A DNA stretch of 64,000 bases, from assembly GCA_949290565.1 (NCBI GenBank), contig CASESH010000004.1, forward strand, positions 9,877-73,876. The letters are read 5' to 3'. Below the pieces are notes generated by a model that was given only the letters and a program-made list of their open reading frames with translations, did no database searches and was not told the DNA's origin. The DNA is from an uncultured Christensenella sp. (GTDB lineage Bacteria; Bacillota; Clostridia; Christensenellales; UBA1242). Both the position numbers and the translations under genes were made by a program. Positions 62,001 through 64,000 of this stretch are shown piece by piece (the first letter of the stretch is position 1; each line of letters opens with the position of its first letter).

Positions 62001-62793
62001 CGTTTTAAATCCACTTGGTATTCCAAGTCGTATGAATGTTGGTCAGGTTCTAGAAGTTTTATTGGGCAAAGTTGCAAAAGTACTTGATTGGAAAGTCGCT
62101 GTTCCTGTTTTTGATTGTATTAATGAGCATGATATATTCAAGTTGATGACCGATAATGGTCTTGAAGAAGATGGGAAAATGGTTCTTTATGATGGCAGAA
62201 CAGGTGAAAAGTTTGAAAATAGAGTTACTGTTGGAACAATGTATATGCTTAAACTTGACCACATGGTTGATAGTAAAATGCACGCTCGTTCGACCGGACC
62301 TTATTCTCTTGTTACTCAACAACCTCTTGGTGGTAAAGCAATGTTCGGTGGACAAAGATTTGGTGAGATGGAAGTTTGGGCTCTTGAAGCATATGGCGTT
62401 TCTCATTTACTTCAAGAGATGCTTACTGTAAAATCAGATGATGTTGTTGGTAGAAATAAAACTTATGAGGCAATTGTTAAGGGTTTCCCTATAACCGAGC
62501 CAGGTATTCCTGAATCATTTAAAGTTATGATTAAAGAATTCCAAAGTTTAGGACTTGATATTAAGATTTTGACAGAAGAAAAACAAGAAGTTTCTATTAA
62601 TGAACTTTCTAACGATGAAATGGAACCTGCTCCATTTACAGTTAAACAAAAAGAACCTACCCAAGATATTGAACTTAATCTTGATGAACAAGTTACTACG
62701 TCAGATATTATTTCAGAACAAGAAGCAAGTACTGCTAATAACCTCTTTGAAGGTTTTGATGAAGATTCACTTCTTCTTGATGATTTTGATTAG
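59059..62793 (+). CDS. rpoB: DNA-directed RNA polymerase subunit beta
   Basis: 1244 aa. RBS GAGGAG. It carries conserved RpoB blocks ([24 protein letters not shown]-like [83 protein letters not shown]). Confidence 0.97.
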   Translation: MGQSNPAIKKTKYGKVERYNFSKIEEPIEMPYLIAIQKDAYKNFLEHGIAEILEEFSPITDYSGKAEIYFVNYSLDPTSKYSKQEARRKGVTYSVALKARVRLVRKEDGEVIEQEVFLGDIPLMTEEGSFILNGIERVVVSQIVRSPSAYFAKEQDKTGKYLFNGTIIPTRGTWIEIEQNANDILKVVIDRSSKVTLGVFLKCFGFTKNQIIDIFGNNPIIANTLDKETQETQEDSLIELSRKMRPSEIPSAEATYNFINSLFFTHQYYNLARVGRYKLNKKLSIATRITGQTAYGDIKLGNKIFVKDGEIIDREVAKKIQNAGINEVWLRAKTLRGEFKMENNKFVPHKVIGNNRVDLSAIFPCDEKELGILEKVHYPTLQKILKEFKTEEERIDAIRENAKQLMNFQLTMDDIIATISYHLDLNDGIGEIDNIDHLANRRIATVGELMSNAFRSGVNKLASVVKETLQAQDLSTVNPASVINARPINKALKDFLASSQLSQLMDQVNPISELTQKRKISAVGPGGVKKERATSEVRDIHYSHYGRICAIETPEGQGIGLINSLATYAKVNEYGFLLSPLKVVDKQKGIVTNEVVYLMADEEENCCVAQAVEPLTPEGKFVNSRVVVRKKESVLEVPASEVDYVDVSPRQLISAATALIPFLANDDTARALMGSNMQRQAVPLLTNEAPIVGTGIEHKIAVDSGAMVHAKNGGYVSYVSATEIRVKNDDGEIDCYNLIKFTKTNKDTCINQKPCVIKNQRVEAGDVLADGFSTKDGELALGKNMTIAYMNWEGYNYEDAILISERLVRDDLFTSITLKVEESKARSTKLGDEEITRDIPNLGEEALKNLDENGIVRIGAEVRTGDILVGKVTPKGETELTPEERLLRAIFGEKAREVRDTSLRVQHGCGGIVVDVQVFTRKNKDELEPGVNTMVKVYVAQKRKLSVGDKMAGRHGNKGVVSRILPLSDLPYMEDGTPVDIVLNPLGIPSRMNVGQVLEVLLGKVAKVLDWKVAVPVFDCINEHDIFKLMTDNGLEEDGKMVLYDGRTGEKFENRVTVGTMYMLKLDHMVDSKMHARSTGPYSLVTQQPLGGKAMFGGQRFGEMEVWALEAYGVSHLLQEMLTVKSDDVVGRNKTYEAIVKGFPITEPGIPESFKVMIKEFQSLGLDIKILTEEKQEVSINELSNDEMEPAPFTVKQKEPTQDIELNLDEQVTTSDIISEQEASTANNLFEGFDEDSLLLDDFD

Positions 62794-62798
62794 GATAA

Positions 62799-64000
<1,202 letters not shown>

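Noticed and set aside
62560-62793. Acidic C-terminal tail of RpoB (…NDEMEPAPF…[16 protein letters not shown]…[12 protein letters not shown]) as an unusual feature
   Set aside because: Acidic C-terminal extensions of RpoB are common in Firmicutes, including B. subtilis. It is probably lineage-typical and not noteworthy without comparison.

Overview
This is a low-GC chromosomal segment (well under 35% GC by eye) from a Bacillota-like organism, and all 22 supported genes lie on the + strand. It uses the standard genetic code: Trp is TGG, and TGA terminates genes in two ATGA stop/start overlaps.

The left 17.4 kb holds compact housekeeping genes. In order they are the gltX 3' end, an M1 peptidase, a WalJ-like MBL hydrolase, two tandem CPBP proteases, rlmH, an M14 peptidase, tadA, a degenerate GlmU-like protein, pth, mfd, a PrsA-like lipoprotein, a flippase-like membrane protein, a SpoIIQ-like M23 peptidase, acpP and spoIIID. 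The right 5 kb holds rpoB and the 5' part of rpoC.

The dominant feature lies between them, at 17615-58507. Two tandem, same-strand giant ORFs of 7,967 aa and 5,644 aa total 40,839 nt, or 63.8% of the window, and are separated by only 54 nt. Each begins with a lipoprotein signal peptide and lipobox Cys. Each consists of about 1,100 aa of Ig-like (Big_2-like) sequence followed by several capped parallel-beta-helix modules. These modules are built from GG[ILV][VAI]G rungs of the GLUG-motif type, alternating with Ig-like spacers. One module in the first protein runs uninterrupted for about 2,600 aa.

I could find no catalytic motif, LPXTG or other wall anchor, dedicated secretion gene or mobile-element gene nearby. 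A consensus sigma-A-like promoter upstream and a strong intrinsic terminator downstream bracket the pair as a putative ~41-kb transcription unit.

I saw no rRNA, tRNA, CRISPR array or transposase. All family assignments rest on motifs recognised by eye, no database search was possible, and module boundaries are approximate (about +/-60 nt).
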